DNA of 64,000 nucleotides from a virus (IMGVR_UViG_3300033056_000008:46387-110386), one strand, 5' to 3'. Counted from the first letter of the stretch, positions 1 through 11,290 are shown. Numbers and translations are program-made. The notes: a model not told the origin generated them from the sequence alone.

Positions 1-101
1 GAAAATCTCTTACCATTTGATACATTACATTATTTTGATCTGTCATTAATTTATTTCCTCCAATTTTTACAATCGAATAAAATCCAACTTTTAAAGTGTT
101 G

Positions 102-139
102 ACAATCAGATAAGCCATCCCCATAACCTATCTGATTGT
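102..139 (-). terminator. Stem-loop downstream of the thioredoxin-like gene (terminator or processing site)
   Basis: ACAATCAGATA (102-112) / TATCTGATTGT (129-139) perfect 11-bp inverted repeat; U-tract weak. Confidence 0.45.
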
Positions 140-147
140 AATGTTAC

Positions 148-387
148 TTATAGCTGCTCGATCATTTCCACTAGTTCTTCTTCGTTGTAACCAATACTTC
201 TTTTAACTTCTTTATCTTGATCATCCAATAGGATAGTTACCGGTGTTCCCATCACCATAAATTCTGATGCTTTCTCTGGTGATAGTTGTACATTATACGA
301 CTCGTAAACAACTCCTTTATCTTGAAGTAAGTTTTCCACTCTCTCACATGGAGGACACGCTGGTTTATACAATTTTACTAATTTCAT
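148..387 (-). CDS. Thioredoxin/NrdH-like redoxin (SPbeta YosR-like)
   Basis: CPPC motif near N-terminus, GTP cis-Pro motif, 79 aa, directly downstream of nrdF. Confidence 0.85.
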   Translation of the reverse strand: MKLVKLYKPACPPCERVENLLQDKGVVYESYNVQLSPEKASEFMVMGTPVTILLDDQDKEVKRSIGYNEEELVEMIEQL

Positions 388-410
388 ATTATTACCTACC
401 TTATTATTTA

Positions 411-1379
411 TTAGAATATAAAATCTTCGTCTCTTAGTGGTTCAACCTTAGTTGCTTTAACATATCCATTACCTTTTACTGAGAAGAAATCATGATTCTT
501 TGTATCAGTCTTCATACCATTCTCAACAATAGGATTAATCTGTTCTTCTGCAAACTCGGCATCAAATCCAAGATTCATACAAGCTTTATTAGCATTATAT
601 CGAATGAATTTATTTACCTCATCAACTAAGCCGATCTGCTCGTATAACTCCTGAGTGTAAAACAACTCATTATCATACAGAGAATGTAACAATTCAGTTC
701 TTTCCATAATTGCTTCATCCTGTTCCTCTTTTGTTAGTTTCCCATAAAGTTCTTGAGCAATTAAACCTACGTAAACCCCATGGATACTTTCGTCGCGTAA
801 AATTAAATTGATTATTTCTCCGGAAGCTGTCATTTTACCCTGTCCTGCCAAGAATAAAGGATAAAAGAATCCAGAATAGAACAGGAATGATTCAAGATAA
901 ACAGACGCTACTGTAGCCATATATAAGTCATAATTGTTAACTTCTGGCTTAAACAACTTTTGATAATACTCAGATACTAACTTACCTTTTTTCTGTAAAT
1001 GTGGATGATTATGTACCCATTCAAATACCTGATCAATTTCCTCTTCACTTGCTAAGGTTGTGAAGATTGATGAGTACGACTTAGCATGTATCTGCTCCAT
1101 CATTCCCATAAAGGAAAGAACTCCTTTACGTTGTAAGCCACTCACATGCATAGAAATAAGTGGCATTCCTTCACCTCCTTGTTCAGTATCTAGTAGAGTT
1201 AATCCGCCCAATACTTTCATATATGTATCTTGTTCTTTAGGTAACATTTCAGCCCATGCATTCTTATCAGCAGAAAGACTTATCTCTTCTGGTAGCCAAA
1301 ACTGCCTAGTATTCTGTGTGTAAAACATTTGTGTATATTCATCTTCGTGTTGATTCCAATTCACAGCATATTTAGTCAT
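411..1379 (-). CDS. nrdF: Ribonucleotide reductase class Ib beta subunit
   Basis: AVNWN start, [21 protein letters not shown] iron-ligand motifs, HDFFS tail; start reassigned to ATG 1379 behind a GGAGG RBS. Confidence 0.97.
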   Translation of the reverse strand: MTKYAVNWNQHEDEYTQMFYTQNTRQFWLPEEISLSADKNAWAEMLPKEQDTYMKVLGGLTLLDTEQGGEGMPLISMHVSGLQRKGVLSFMGMMEQIHAKSYSSIFTTLASEEEIDQVFEWVHNHPHLQKKGKLVSEYYQKLFKPEVNNYDLYMATVASVYLESFLFYSGFFYPLFLAGQGKMTASGEIINLILRDESIHGVYVGLIAQELYGKLTKEEQDEAIMERTELLHSLYDNELFYTQELYEQIGLVDEVNKFIRYNANKACMNLGFDAEFAEEQINPIVENGMKTDTKNHDFFSVKGNGYVKATKVEPLRDEDFIF

Positions 1380-1395
1380 TCTTTTCCTCCACTCA

Positions 1396-3489
1396 TTAGA
1401 CTGCGCAAGCAGTGCATACCTCGATTGATAAGTTACGTGTTCTTGTATAGTAAAGTGATTTAAGTCCAATTCCATCAGCGTAGATATAATATCTTCCTAG
1501 CTCTCTAGTTGAAACATCTGAATCAACATATAGAATTGTTGAAATTCCTTGGTCAACGTGTTCCTGTGCCGCAGCAATTAAATCCATTACCTTGTACTGA
1601 TTCATATCAAATGCTGACTTATAGAACCAGTAGTTTGTTTCATCCATATAAGGCATTGGATAGTATGTTGTAGAATTTGCATATGTACGTGATTCAATTG
1701 GGTTAACGATTGGCATTACTGATGCAGTAGCGTTTTGAATGTATCCAATAGATTGTGTCGGTGCTACAGCGAGGCGATACGCATTGTATAATCCAAACTT
1801 TTGCACATCTTTAGCTAACTTATCCCAATCTTTTAGTGTTGGTACATAGATACCTTCAAATAGCTTTTTCACTTTATCTGTCTTAGGTTCATAACTTACT
1901 TTTTTATACTTCTCAAAGTAAGTACCTTTTGCATACTCAGACTTATCAAAGTCTTTGAATGTTTCTTTTCGTTCCCTTGCAATCATCATACTTTTCTCAA
2001 GAGAGTAGTAATTCATCATCATAAAGAATGTTGCAGTGAAATCTTTAGCTTCATCTGATTCGTATGAGATCTTATTTTTAGCAAAGTAGCCGTGTAGATT
2101 CATGGCGCCTAATCCTATTGCATGCAATTCCTCATTAGCTTTCTTAACAGATGCTGCATTTTGTATATCAGATATATCAGAAACAGTTGTTAATGATTCA
2201 ATTCCAATATGGACAGAATCTCTAAACACATCACCAGGTTGCATTACATTCGGAATATTCAATGATCCTAAATTACAGTTGATATCTCTTCTAATAATGT
2301 CTTTTTCACCATAATCCGTGATTTCTGATGTCTCTTGTAGCTGGAAAATTTCTGTGCAAAGATTAGACATTTTAATCTGACCAATATCTTTGAGTGCATG
2401 GGCATTGTTGGCATTAGACTTATTCATAAAGTATGGATAACCTGATTCCAATTGGATTTGAGCAATCTTTGTGATCATGTCACGTGCTGACATTACAACT
2501 TTCTTTTTAACATTTGGATTAGCTACCAACTCTTCATACATGTCATCCATACGCATATCGTCCATATGAACACCATATTCCTTATATACGCTACGAGGAG
2601 CAAATACGTATAAATCTTTATTTTCTCTTGCTAACTGGAAGAACTTGTGTTCAACAATTAACCCGATTGACAGTGTTTGGATACGTGACTTCTCGTCGCT
2701 ATTTATTTTTTTGGTATCCAGGAATTCTACAACATCCCAATGGAAAATGTTTAAATATGCCGCCCCTGCTCCTTTTCGCTGTCCCAATTGATTTGCGTAA
2801 GAGAATGTATCTTCAAGTAACTTCATGACTGGAACAACACCTGATGCAGCATTATCTATTCCTTTGATTTGCTCACTACGGGCTCTCAGTTTAGAAAGGT
2901 TTAATGCAACACCACCACCAATTTTAGATAGCTGACCGGATGTGTTAATGTTGTGGAAGATTGAGTTTAATGAATCATCCATTTCAAGTAAGAAACACGA
3001 AACCATTTCACCTCTACGACTTCTTCCTGCGTTCAAGAATGTTGGCGTGGCAGGTTGATAACGTTGCTCAATCATTGCAATAGCAGTCTTCTTAGCCTTT
3101 TCATAATCACCCTGACCTAAGAACAATGCAGTAATTACAATTCGATCTTCATAAGTTTCCAGGTAGTTTTTCTTATCATTAGTCTTTAAGGCATAATCCT
3201 TATAGAACTTTGAGATAGCCATATATGATTGAAACTTAAATTCGTGACTATAGATAATGTCTGTAATCTCTTCAATTTCTGACATGCTGTATTGATCAAG
3301 TACTTGCGGATAGTAGAAATCTTCTTCAACCATGTATCTATATCTCTGCTCAACATTATCAAAGCTGATTAACTTAGCTTCAACTTCGGATTTAAGAAAT
3401 TCCTGTACAGCCTCTTTATCCTTCTCCAGTCGGTAGAATCCTTTTTCGTTCAGTTGTGTTACTTCATTGTTTAATTCTATATGTCTCAT
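1396..3489 (-). CDS. nrdE: Ribonucleotide reductase class Ib alpha subunit
   Basis: [43 protein letters not shown]-terminal CxxC; 697 aa, uninterrupted. Confidence 0.97.
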   Translation of the reverse strand: MRHIELNNEVTQLNEKGFYRLEKDKEAVQEFLKSEVEAKLISFDNVEQRYRYMVEEDFYYPQVLDQYSMSEIEEITDIIYSHEFKFQSYMAISKFYKDYALKTNDKKNYLETYEDRIVITALFLGQGDYEKAKKTAIAMIEQRYQPATPTFLNAGRSRRGEMVSCFLLEMDDSLNSIFHNINTSGQLSKIGGGVALNLSKLRARSEQIKGIDNAASGVVPVMKLLEDTFSYANQLGQRKGAGAAYLNIFHWDVVEFLDTKKINSDEKSRIQTLSIGLIVEHKFFQLARENKDLYVFAPRSVYKEYGVHMDDMRMDDMYEELVANPNVKKKVVMSARDMITKIAQIQLESGYPYFMNKSNANNAHALKDIGQIKMSNLCTEIFQLQETSEITDYGEKDIIRRDINCNLGSLNIPNVMQPGDVFRDSVHIGIESLTTVSDISDIQNAASVKKANEELHAIGLGAMNLHGYFAKNKISYESDEAKDFTATFFMMMNYYSLEKSMMIARERKETFKDFDKSEYAKGTYFEKYKKVSYEPKTDKVKKLFEGIYVPTLKDWDKLAKDVQKFGLYNAYRLAVAPTQSIGYIQNATASVMPIVNPIESRTYANSTTYYPMPYMDETNYWFYKSAFDMNQYKVMDLIAAAQEHVDQGISTILYVDSDVSTRELGRYYIYADGIGLKSLYYTRTRNLSIEVCTACAV

Positions 3490-3850
3490 ATTTTAATGAT
3501 TGCACCCTTTCTTTAACGATCTCCACATCAGTTGGTGTTCCACTCATCTCAAACTTATGTATTATTGGAACTCCATACATCTTTGATATTTCATCTGCAC
3601 TTGCAGCAAATTTCATTCCCCAATTTCTATTCCCACTAGAACCTACTGCACAAAGGTTGATGTGATTTACCTTAAGAAAGTCTAATGTAGTTTGAGGTAC
3701 TTGCCCCATTCCTGTTGTAAATGTTAATAATATAAATGGTTCGTAGATTTGTAGGTTTGGTGAAATTTCTATTAAGCTACTTGATGGTAAACCTAACTTA
3801 CCTGCAAACTTCCGAACGTTACCTGTTAAGGAATTATAAACAACTAACAC
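3464..3850 (-). CDS. nrdI: NrdI flavodoxin
   Basis: YNSLTGNVRKF, TFTTGMGQVP, GSSGNRNWG, KFEMSGT; overlaps the nrdE start. Confidence 0.93.
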   Translation of the reverse strand: MLVVYNSLTGNVRKFAGKLGLPSSSLIEISPNLQIYEPFILLTFTTGMGQVPQTTLDFLKVNHINLCAVGSSGNRNWGMKFAASADEISKMYGVPIIHKFEMSGTPTDVEIVKERVQSLKYETYRIKQ

Positions 3851-3899
3851 TTAATCATCTTCTTTATAATTAATTTATTTTACTTTTATGTGATGTTTC

Positions 3900-4232
3900 T
3901 CAATAATTATATTTTTCCTTCGCGATTTCGGCTGTACCGTTTATGTATGTTTCATTTTCTTCTTGGTTAATCCAATCAGTCATACTTGCATATCCACTTG
4001 CAATATCTTTATATTTGTCTTCTAAAGGTAATTCTTCAAGTTCATCAATTGATACAGATATGTATTCACTCTTCATACTTTCAGGTATAATGTGCTGCTT
4101 ACCATCCATTGAAGTAAATATTGAATCTCCAGCATCATAATGTACTTCATGATCAAATTGATAAATGACGCCTGGTTCTGTTGCTACCGTGACTGTTCCG
4201 ACATTAGGCTTAAATGCAACATAGCTACTCAT
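3900..4232 (-). CDS. Hypothetical phage protein
   Basis: ORF with GGAGG RBS, co-oriented. Confidence 0.7.
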   Translation of the reverse strand: MSSYVAFKPNVGTVTVATEPGVIYQFDHEVHYDAGDSIFTSMDGKQHIIPESMKSEYISVSIDELEELPLEDKYKDIASGYASMTDWINQEENETYINGTAEIAKEKYNY

Positions 4233-4383
4233 TTTACCTCCCTGTGTAATTTATTTTATTTATACATTTCCAATAACTCTTCAATCGTAACAGTCTTAAA
4301 TTCAGTATCTCGTTCTTGATTGTCTGCATCAAACATTCTTTCATCAACAGTTGTAATATCCATTTGTAATCCACCTCCTTAAA

Positions 4384-4797
4384 TCAAATGTCTTTCTTGC
4401 TTCTATATATCTTCATTAAGTTTTCCATTCTTAAATTAGCTTCTTCTCTTAGTCTATCTGCTTCATGGACTTCGTTTTCTGACCATCCGGCTCTCCAATT
4501 AAGCACTCCTGTATCTTTCCACTCTCTGAATACCTCTTCAGGATATTTAGACTCATAAGCAAATCCTTCAGGCATTATTTTAAATTTCTTAATTAAATCA
4601 ATTAGTGCTGTTTCTGTTAAGTCGAAGCTCCATGATTCGTTGTCAAAATCAGAACCATATCCAAATTGAATAGTGAAGTTATGTAGTAAATTCTTATTGA
4701 TTTCACTACTCTCTAAATCGACTATTTCTCCTGTCATGTTACATATTCCTTTTGTAGCTACTTTTTCTTGCGAAGGTCTTAACTCGAACTCAATCAT
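4384..4797 (-). CDS. Hypothetical phage protein
   Basis: ORF with AGGAGG RBS. Confidence 0.7.
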   Translation of the reverse strand: MIEFELRPSQEKVATKGICNMTGEIVDLESSEINKNLLHNFTIQFGYGSDFDNESWSFDLTETALIDLIKKFKIMPEGFAYESKYPEEVFREWKDTGVLNWRAGWSENEVHEADRLREEANLRMENLMKIYRSKKDI

Positions 4798-4827
4798 TAA
4801 ATTCCTCCTTATAAAATGTAAGTTTTA

Positions 4828-5091
4828 TTAAAGCAAACTTCCATCTATTAATAATGTTGAAGTTTCGTTGCTAGTGAAATCTTCTAAAACTTCTAGAGCC
4901 GGTACTTGTTTACCATCTTCAGACAAGCCTCTACTAAAGATAATTAATGCTAAGTAAGGATCAAGTTCTTTATCAAACTCTTCCTCAACTATTTCATCAG
5001 AAACTGTCTTTATGTATTCTTCCTTTGCTTCACTTACACTTTCAGCTTTAATTAATGCATAATAAGGATAACTCACTTCAAAAAATTTCAA
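4828..5091 (-). CDS. Hypothetical phage protein
   Basis: TTG start at 5091 behind AAAGGAGAGG. Confidence 0.65.
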   Translation of the reverse strand: MKFFEVSYPYYALIKAESVSEAKEEYIKTVSDEIVEEEFDKELDPYLALIIFSRGLSEDGKQVPALEVLEDFTSNETSTLLIDGSLL

Positions 5092-5120
5092 ATTAACCTC
5101 TCCTTTCAATATCTATATTT

Positions 5121-5384
5121 TTATTTAAAAGCCTTCAGAATATTAGCTTCAGTCTCCTTAACCAAGTCCACCAACTCATTCATTGTTTTAACTTCACTTA
5201 TATTAACTTCCCTTCTAAACAACCCTAAAGCTGCTGACGGAATGTCTTTATAAAAACCAACTCGTTTATAATCAACTTCACCTGTTAATGCTCCATCTTT
5301 GACTTTCTTTTCATACTTCTCTTCAAGTATTACATTCATTGGATCAGATGTTATTTTATACTTATCGCCAATTTCGATTTCCAA
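5121..5384 (-). CDS. Hypothetical phage protein
   Basis: ORF with GAGGTG RBS. Confidence 0.7.
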   Translation of the reverse strand: MEIEIGDKYKITSDPMNVILEEKYEKKVKDGALTGEVDYKRVGFYKDIPSAALGLFRREVNISEVKTMNELVDLVKETEANILKAFK

Positions 5385-5394
5385 CTAGTTCACC

Positions 5395-5604
5395 TCAGTT
5401 CTCATATTTCTGCAATCCTAACAACACATTAGCCTTCGCAACTTGCATTGCAGCTCTAGCCTGAAAATCTTCTTTCTTATTGTAGAATCTTAATAGCTCC
5501 TCCAATTCTCTTAGCTGGGATTCTAACTTTTTCTCAACGTCAATCTTCATAGGCTTAGGAGTCACTGGTCTCTTTGGTCTTATTGTAAAACTTGGTTTAT
5601 CCAT
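5395..5604 (-). CDS. Hypothetical phage protein
   Basis: ORF with GAGGTG RBS. Confidence 0.65.
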   Translation of the reverse strand: MDKPSFTIRPKRPVTPKPMKIDVEKKLESQLRELEELLRFYNKKEDFQARAAMQVAKANVLLGLQKYEN

Positions 5605-5637
5605 TCACTCACCTCAAATTCTGATAAAAGTATAATT

Positions 5638-5940
5638 TTAAACAGTTCCATAAGCTGTTGTTTCGATCTGATTGCTTCCAAGATAGTAATATAAATGTGC
5701 TAGTTTTTCTTTATCTTGCATAAAACCCTCATCTAAAATTGCTTTTGAAAAATTTTTCCCTCGTAGAAACCCTTGAAGCACATTATCACAAGAGAAAATT
5801 CTATTTGCTAATTCATTAGGGTAAACATTTTTCATATAATTTGCTGGGATAATTAATATAGAATTTTTATCCTTATTTAGTAATTCAATTACCTTAGTAG
5901 TTTTACCTGATCCTCTTTCCTGATTATGAGTAGTTAACAT
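5638..5940 (-). CDS. Small protein with P-loop-like motif
   Basis: RGSGKTT and ILDEG motifs in only 100 aa. Confidence 0.6.
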   Translation of the reverse strand: MLTTHNQERGSGKTTKVIELLNKDKNSILIIPANYMKNVYPNELANRIFSCDNVLQGFLRGKNFSKAILDEGFMQDKEKLAHLYYYLGSNQIETTAYGTV

Positions 5941-5984
5941 ATAAATAACATCCTTCCTATTTGTATGAAAATTCGTCTTTTAAT

Positions 5985-6407
5985 TTAATTCTCGTACTTA
6001 GCAATAAACTCAGATAGCTTCATCCCGTTATCAGCAGCTAAGCTTTCTGCAAAAACAACTAGATTTTTTTCAGTTGATAAATTCATAACATCACTTAGCC
6101 AATCAGAAAATGAATCATGTTTTGATTTAATGTAGTACAATTCTTTATTATTTTCATAACCCATCATTTTTTCACCATTCACTATATATTCCTTAGTAGC
6201 ACTTCCTTCGTAGATACATCTGCCGCTTCTCCACCAACCATAATCCATTTCCCATTGATCATCTGAAACTACTAGTAGCTTATCAAACTCTTGGTCACTC
6301 ATTTCCCACACTTGATATTTATCCTCTTTTGTTTCAACTACCTTCTTTGCTACAATTCGTAACTCTTCAAAAGCCTTATCTAATTTCTGTCCCATTATTT
6401 CAATCAT
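5985..6407 (-). CDS. Hypothetical phage protein
   Basis: ORF with GGAG RBS. Confidence 0.7.
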   Translation of the reverse strand: MIEIMGQKLDKAFEELRIVAKKVVETKEDKYQVWEMSDQEFDKLLVVSDDQWEMDYGWWRSGRCIYEGSATKEYIVNGEKMMGYENNKELYYIKSKHDSFSDWLSDVMNLSTEKNLVVFAESLAADNGMKLSEFIAKYEN

Positions 6408-6430
6408 ATAATAACTCCGTTCTGATTAAT

Positions 6431-6817
6431 TTATTTTAATATTAATGGTATCTTACCTTTAAACAAGAAAGCCCCTAAGCCAGCTAATGCTGTACTAATC
6501 CATAATTCTTCATTATCTATGTTCCAATCCCATTGCTTAACTTCATCATATGTATAATTCGTTTCTTCCTGGCTTACTTTAGCTACCTTATTATGTTCCA
6601 TCTCATCTAATCGTTCTTCATGTTGCTTAAACACTGTTGCATAATTCTGATCAACTATATTAATCTTGTTATTCAACTGTTCTTGCCGTATGTATAAATC
6701 ACTTAGCTGCTTATTTGCATTTACCAACCTCATTGAGATATCTACTAGTGTGATTAAGAGTACGAATATTGTTAAGAGTATGAGGAAAGCTTTCAACTTT
6801 CTAGTTTTCCTCTTCAT
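6431..6817 (-). CDS. Membrane-anchored coiled-coil protein
   Basis: Basic N-terminus, hydrophobic helix, heptad-like region. Confidence 0.65.
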   Translation of the reverse strand: MKRKTRKLKAFLILLTIFVLLITLVDISMRLVNANKQLSDLYIRQEQLNNKINIVDQNYATVFKQHEERLDEMEHNKVAKVSQEETNYTYDEVKQWDWNIDNEELWISTALAGLGAFLFKGKIPLILK

Positions 6818-6821
6818 AATG

Positions 6822-7028
6822 CTACTCTCCTATGTTCAGATTATATTTTTCTATTAATTTAGCTTTAGGTAACTTATCAATATTTTCTTGTTGTATCTTT
6901 GGATATAATTCATCAGAACACTTAGGATGTGAAGTAATTTCTAACCTATCGTTTACTTTGTTGTCCCAAGTGATTCTGATTGTTTTTGTGTAACCGTCAA
7001 CTATCTCTCTGCAAATTGGACAAATCAA
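6822..7028 (-). CDS. Small Cys/His protein
   Basis: CPIC...HPKC; overlaps the upstream stop. Confidence 0.6.
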   Translation of the reverse strand: MICPICREIVDGYTKTIRITWDNKVNDRLEITSHPKCSDELYPKIQQENIDKLPKAKLIEKYNLNIGE

Positions 7029-7393
7029 TATGCTTCACCGTTTCCTTTGTAATACTGCTCTAATTTGTTTCTTAAATGACCCTTCAATGCAGCTCTCCAA
7101 TAGCGACTCTGACCTTCTTTATATCCACCTTTTATGCTTTGTGAATAGTTATAAGTTATAAATAGTCCGTCTTCGTCAGGAACTGGTTCATACACCTTTA
7201 CACCATTATCTTTAAGAAATAGGCTGTTATTTCTTCGATCTATGGAGACTTTGTAGAATAGTTTGTTAAAATAATCCAATTTATTGCTATCCTGTTCTTT
7301 CTCTATCTTACCGTTTAAATAGTGTATAGTTAAATCTAGGACAATTTTATCGTGAATCGCTTCATGCAATTCATTACTAAATCTTGCTTTCAT
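7025..7393 (-). CDS. Hypothetical phage protein
   Basis: Co-oriented ORF, 122 aa. Confidence 0.65.
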   Translation of the reverse strand: MKARFSNELHEAIHDKIVLDLTIHYLNGKIEKEQDSNKLDYFNKLFYKVSIDRRNNSLFLKDNGVKVYEPVPDEDGLFITYNYSQSIKGGYKEGQSRYWRAALKGHLRNKLEQYYKGNGEAY

Positions 7394-7747
7394 ATAATCA
7401 CCCGAAAGGTATTATACCATAACTAGCTCTTTTTCCTCTTCTTTCATTGCTTCATCTAATGCGTAAAATTCTTTTTCCAGCTCAGCTTCTAACTTCTCAA
7501 TAGCTTTCTTCTTGCACTCAATTCTCATTTTAATCTTCATAACCTTACTACTCATTATACTCTTACCTCCTGTTGTGTATTTAACTGCGAAATCCAGGCT
7601 AATTCATCTCTGTTGAAGAGATCATCATCATTACTTGCTGCTTTCATAACCGCCATTATTGTTGCTGTAACGCCTATGTATGTAATTCCACCAATCAACC
7701 AGATCATTTTCTTTCACCCTTTCTTCGTGCTATTTACTTATGTATCT

Positions 7748-7796
7748 ATTATAATTTATTTTCAATCAACTATCAATATATTAATTAATTTATTTT
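7748..7796 (-). promoter_or_regulatory. Sigma-A promoter with AAAATAAAT(T) motif in the spacer and upstream
   Basis: TTGATA (7776-7771), 17 nt, TATAAT (7753-7748); AAAATAAATTAATT at 7796-7783. Confidence 0.75.
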
Positions 7797-8029
7797 TAAT
7801 AAATTCTATCTTGTGGTTCCAATACATTACCTTTTGACGGGTATAGCAAGCTGCGTATCAGTGAAGCTTGTTGTTGTACTTTCTTATACTTAGCTTCGCA
7901 TTCTCTCCATTCTTCTTCTGTTACCTTAGACGACTCTTCAACATCATTAACGATTGCACCCATTTCAATCTCCATTAACTCCAAGTGGAATTCAATCATT
8001 TCTACTTGATTTTCGTTAAAATAACTCAT
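7796..8029 (-). CDS. Hypothetical phage protein
   Basis: ORF with AAGGAG RBS. Confidence 0.65.
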   Translation of the reverse strand: MSYFNENQVEMIEFHLELMEIEMGAIVNDVEESSKVTEEEWRECEAKYKKVQQQASLIRSLLYPSKGNVLEPQDRIY

Positions 8030-8044
8030 ATGTATGGTCGCTCC

Positions 8045-8347
8045 TTAAATAATATTCTGTTTTCTATTTTGTAGTTCTCTAATAACACTATAATCCTTTG
8101 TATGTAATAAATTCATGTCTATAAGTAGTTCAATAAATCCTAATTCAAATTCCTTACTGAATCCATCGTATGTCTCAAGATCATCTTCGAGATGCCATTT
8201 GCTAAGTCCGGTTGGAACGTCTACGTAGTATTCGTAGCTTACAATCTGATCACCGTTAACGTGAATGATGATTTCTTTTGTTCGTGTTACCTTGCCTTTA
8301 TACTTTGATTTCTTAATAATTACATTTTCACCATGAGCAAATTTCAT
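8045..8347 (-). CDS. Hypothetical phage protein
   Basis: ORF with GGAAGGG RBS. Confidence 0.65.
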   Translation of the reverse strand: MKFAHGENVIIKKSKYKGKVTRTKEIIIHVNGDQIVSYEYYVDVPTGLSKWHLEDDLETYDGFSKEFELGFIELLIDMNLLHTKDYSVIRELQNRKQNII

Positions 8348-8557
8348 TTCAATCCCTTCCTTTGTAAATTAATTTATTTTCTAAATTTATATTATCATCA
8401 TTTATCATGCTTGTCATTAAGTATTTTGATAATTAAGTAATTTATTTTTAAAATAAAATTGTAGTTTTATTTATTATAAAGTTTTGTATTTCAAGTATAA
8501 AATTATCACTCTATGACAATAATGAAATTATCAAACGAAAAAGGAGTGAATTATACC

Positions 8558-8737
8558 ATGGATGAGAAGAAAGCGAGAGCTCTCAGAAAAGCTTGGGCAG
8601 AAAAAGGAAATCCTCACTGTGATCACGATGACATAGAAAGAGAAATGCATAGTATTTATAACTGTCATAGTGATTATGTTTGTAATACTTGTGGAAAAGC
8701 TCATACAAGTATTGAAGGTTTTAAAAAGTCCTCATAA
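8558..8737 (+). CDS. Small putative zinc-binding protein, counter-oriented
   Basis: AAAGGAGTG RBS before ATG 8558; CDH...CxxC ligands. Confidence 0.6.
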   Translation: MDEKKARALRKAWAEKGNPHCDHDDIEREMHSIYNCHSDYVCNTCGKAHTSIEGFKKSS

Positions 8738-8773
8738 TTAATTCCTGGATAGTGGTACTTTGCTGCTATCCTT

Positions 8774-9019
8774 TTACTCTACAATTTCGTATGTCTTATG
8801 AAATATATCAGGTTTGCAAGGATATCTCTCACCCTCGACTCCTGTAATTATATAATCACCTTCACTGATAAACATATCTCCCTCTAGCGTAGAAATGTAT
8901 GGTTTACTGGTTAAACCTCTAACATTAGGTGCAATCGGAGCCAATTTATACCCATCTTCCATGCCTGCAACATAAACTTCAGCTTCAATTATAACTGGTT
9001 TCTTTCGATATTTAGCCAT
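8774..9019 (-). CDS. Conserved phage protein (YRKKPV...GDYII...YPCKPDIF family)
   Basis: Characteristic motifs of a widespread small phage family. Confidence 0.75.
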   Translation of the reverse strand: MAKYRKKPVIIEAEVYVAGMEDGYKLAPIAPNVRGLTSKPYISTLEGDMFISEGDYIITGVEGERYPCKPDIFHKTYEIVE

Positions 9020-9067
9020 TGTTATCTCTCTCCTTAAAAATCTTGATTTTATTTATAAATCATATAA

Positions 9068-9352
9068 TTAATTTATCATGTAATTCCTAATGCCCTTTTC
9101 TCTCACTTTCCTTATTTCTTTCACCTCTTCATCAGCTTCAAAAAGATGTTCTTTGTTTTGTATCTGTTGTCTTAGTTTATGAATAGATACCATATTTAAT
9201 TTAATTTTGTTTAAATCGTCAAGCGTCTCAGCTCCCAATAACTTAGCCGCTTGAACATATAACTGATTATCACTGTTTCGAGTTTCAGGATAGTTTTCTA
9301 AAACATGTAATACTAGCTGTTTAGTTGTTTTAAACTCTTGTATAATATCCAT
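9068..9352 (-). CDS. Hypothetical phage protein
   Basis: ORF with GGAGG RBS. Confidence 0.7.
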   Translation of the reverse strand: MDIIQEFKTTKQLVLHVLENYPETRNSDNQLYVQAAKLLGAETLDDLNKIKLNMVSIHKLRQQIQNKEHLFEADEEVKEIRKVREKGIRNYMIN

Positions 9353-9365
9353 AAGATTCCTCCAG

Positions 9366-10079
9366 TCAACGTTTCATTTTTAGGTATTGTTGATCAACAA
9401 ATATTACTTTTTTCTTTTTTAGCATCTCTCTGACCTCATTTTCACGTAAATCAAAGTATTGAATACGATTATCTTTGCATAGTAGCTTAATAGTTTTTAT
9501 GTCTATTAATTGTTGTTTGTTAGCTTTTAGCAAGTTTACAATAAATTCTATGAATTTTCTCTTTGGATAGTTCGTGGATTCTTTCCATAAATCAATGGAA
9601 TACATTAAATCATCATCTTTTATTTGTTTGGCATCCCGCTTATTCTTTTCACACCAGTAGACAAATTCTTCGAAATCTATTGGAGATAATCCATTTAATT
9701 AAGAAAGATACTTTACAATTTCATTGAATTTATCATTATCAATTTTAAACTTTTTTGCCCATTCAAATGGGTTCATTTCTCGCTTGAATTTATTCAAACC
9801 AATATCTAATGGCATTAGGTTGCCAATATAATTACCACCATGCCCCCAAGATACAGGGATAAAGTGATCAACTTCAATATTTTTACTACCACTGATTACA
9901 CATGTGTTGTTGAAGTTATCGTTGATATACACTTTTAATTGACCATATGATATATCTGTAGGTAATGCCTTTGTAATCTCGACTCTTCTTTTCATTGATC
10001 TTTGCTCTATGAAGTCTTTATTTAAATCAAGAACTCTTTTTGAATTGTTTACTAGATCAGAAATGCGACTCATAATCAT
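9366..10079 (-). pseudogene. HNH endonuclease gene interrupted by in-frame TAA at 9701-9699
   Basis: C...EVDHFIPVSWGHGGNYIGNL...N HNH motif; the frame continues without stops past the TAA (LNGLSPIDFEEFVYWCEKN...) into ORF 9605-9366. Confidence 0.75.
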
Positions 10080-10163
10080 TACCTCACAATATTTTGATAT
10101 TTCTATTATATAATGTTTGGCTGATTATTTCAGGAGAGACACGAAACATCTCTCCTTTATTTG

Positions 10164-10604
10164 CTAAAATACTAATATGTAAAACATATATGCGAAGTAA
10201 ACAACCTTCAATAAACTTCTTAAGACACCAGATGCTTTACGCTTATTAACGTGTAACTTTTTCCTATATTCTGCAATACCACTCTCTGTTGCTAAATCTT
10301 TCTTTGAGTTCTTAGTAAATATAAATCCTATTAATATAAGTAGAATCATAATTATAGTTGGGTATATGTATGGATCAATATGTAATGCTTTGAGTAGATA
10401 AATTATTTCTAATACCATGATAGTAGACATGAAGAAAATTAAGCTTAACATTCTAATTAACAAACTTTCTTCAATTTTAGCGGTGCTGTCAGTTGCCTTC
10501 TTAATTTCGTATTCACCTACATCAATTCTTAATTTTTTAAACATATTGCCCTTTACTAATGCTGCTAACGAAAAAGCAAAAAAGAAAATTGTTAAAAATG
10601 TCAT
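10164..10604 (-). CDS. Membrane protein
   Basis: Four hydrophobic segments; AAAGGAG RBS. Confidence 0.7.
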   Translation of the reverse strand: MTFLTIFFFAFSLAALVKGNMFKKLRIDVGEYEIKKATDSTAKIEESLLIRMLSLIFFMSTIMVLEIIYLLKALHIDPYIYPTIIMILLILIGFIFTKNSKKDLATESGIAEYRKKLHVNKRKASGVLRSLLKVVYFAYMFYILVF

Positions 10605-10652
10605 TTATACATCTCCTTTAATAATTTATTTTTAAAAAAAGTCATATTTAAA

Positions 10653-11033
10653 TTAATCAAAGTATCCGAACTCTCTCCATTTAAAGATTTCATAATTCTT
10701 AACTCCAGATTCTTTAGCAAGTCTTTTAGCCAGTTCGTCTAAATCACCTAACTTACCATCCGGATACTTTTTAGCAATTTCTTTATGAGTAAAGTATAGA
10801 TATGTTTCATCATACGTGAATTTCACCTTAACATTTAAATACTCTTCAAGATCATCCCAATCATCTACTTCATCATTTTCAATCCATTCAATCAAGTCAC
10901 GATATGTATATTCCTTCAGATAGCCATTGAGATTTTCTTCTAGATTGAATTTGTTCTTTAAATACTCAATATCCCATTCTACGTCTTCTTTTTCAGCCAT
11001 GTAGCCATAGACATAACTTGCATCTACTCCCAT
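10653..11033 (-). CDS. Acidic hypothetical protein
   Basis: ORF with AAGGAG RBS. Confidence 0.7.
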   Translation of the reverse strand: MGVDASYVYGYMAEKEDVEWDIEYLKNKFNLEENLNGYLKEYTYRDLIEWIENDEVDDWDDLEEYLNVKVKFTYDETYLYFTHKEIAKKYPDGKLGDLDELAKRLAKESGVKNYEIFKWREFGYFD

Positions 11034-11086
11034 TTCTCTAATCTCCTTTTCTAATAAACTACAAATTTAAATTAATTTATTTCAAC

Positions 11087-11272
11087 TTAATAATAATCTA
11101 TTTTACCGCATAAGTTACATCTGTAATTAAATCCCCATTCTTTCCATTCATGCTTGCAATTCTTTTCCCTATTATATAGATATGTATAATATTCATTTTT
11201 AGCCTTTTCATGTTCTATACGTAATTGATCCATTCTTTCTTTAAGTTCAATTTCTTTCTTGTCAATAATCAT
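11087..11272 (-). CDS. Small protein with C-terminal CxH...CxxC
   Basis: GGAGGTG RBS. Confidence 0.65.
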   Translation of the reverse strand: MIIDKKEIELKERMDQLRIEHEKAKNEYYTYLYNREKNCKHEWKEWGFNYRCNLCGKIDYY

Positions 11273-11290
11273 ATTACCACCTCCTGATAT

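Noticed and set aside
411-3489. Group I introns or intein in nrdE/nrdF, as in SPbeta
   Set aside because: Both ORFs are uninterrupted and of canonical length (697 and 322 aa).
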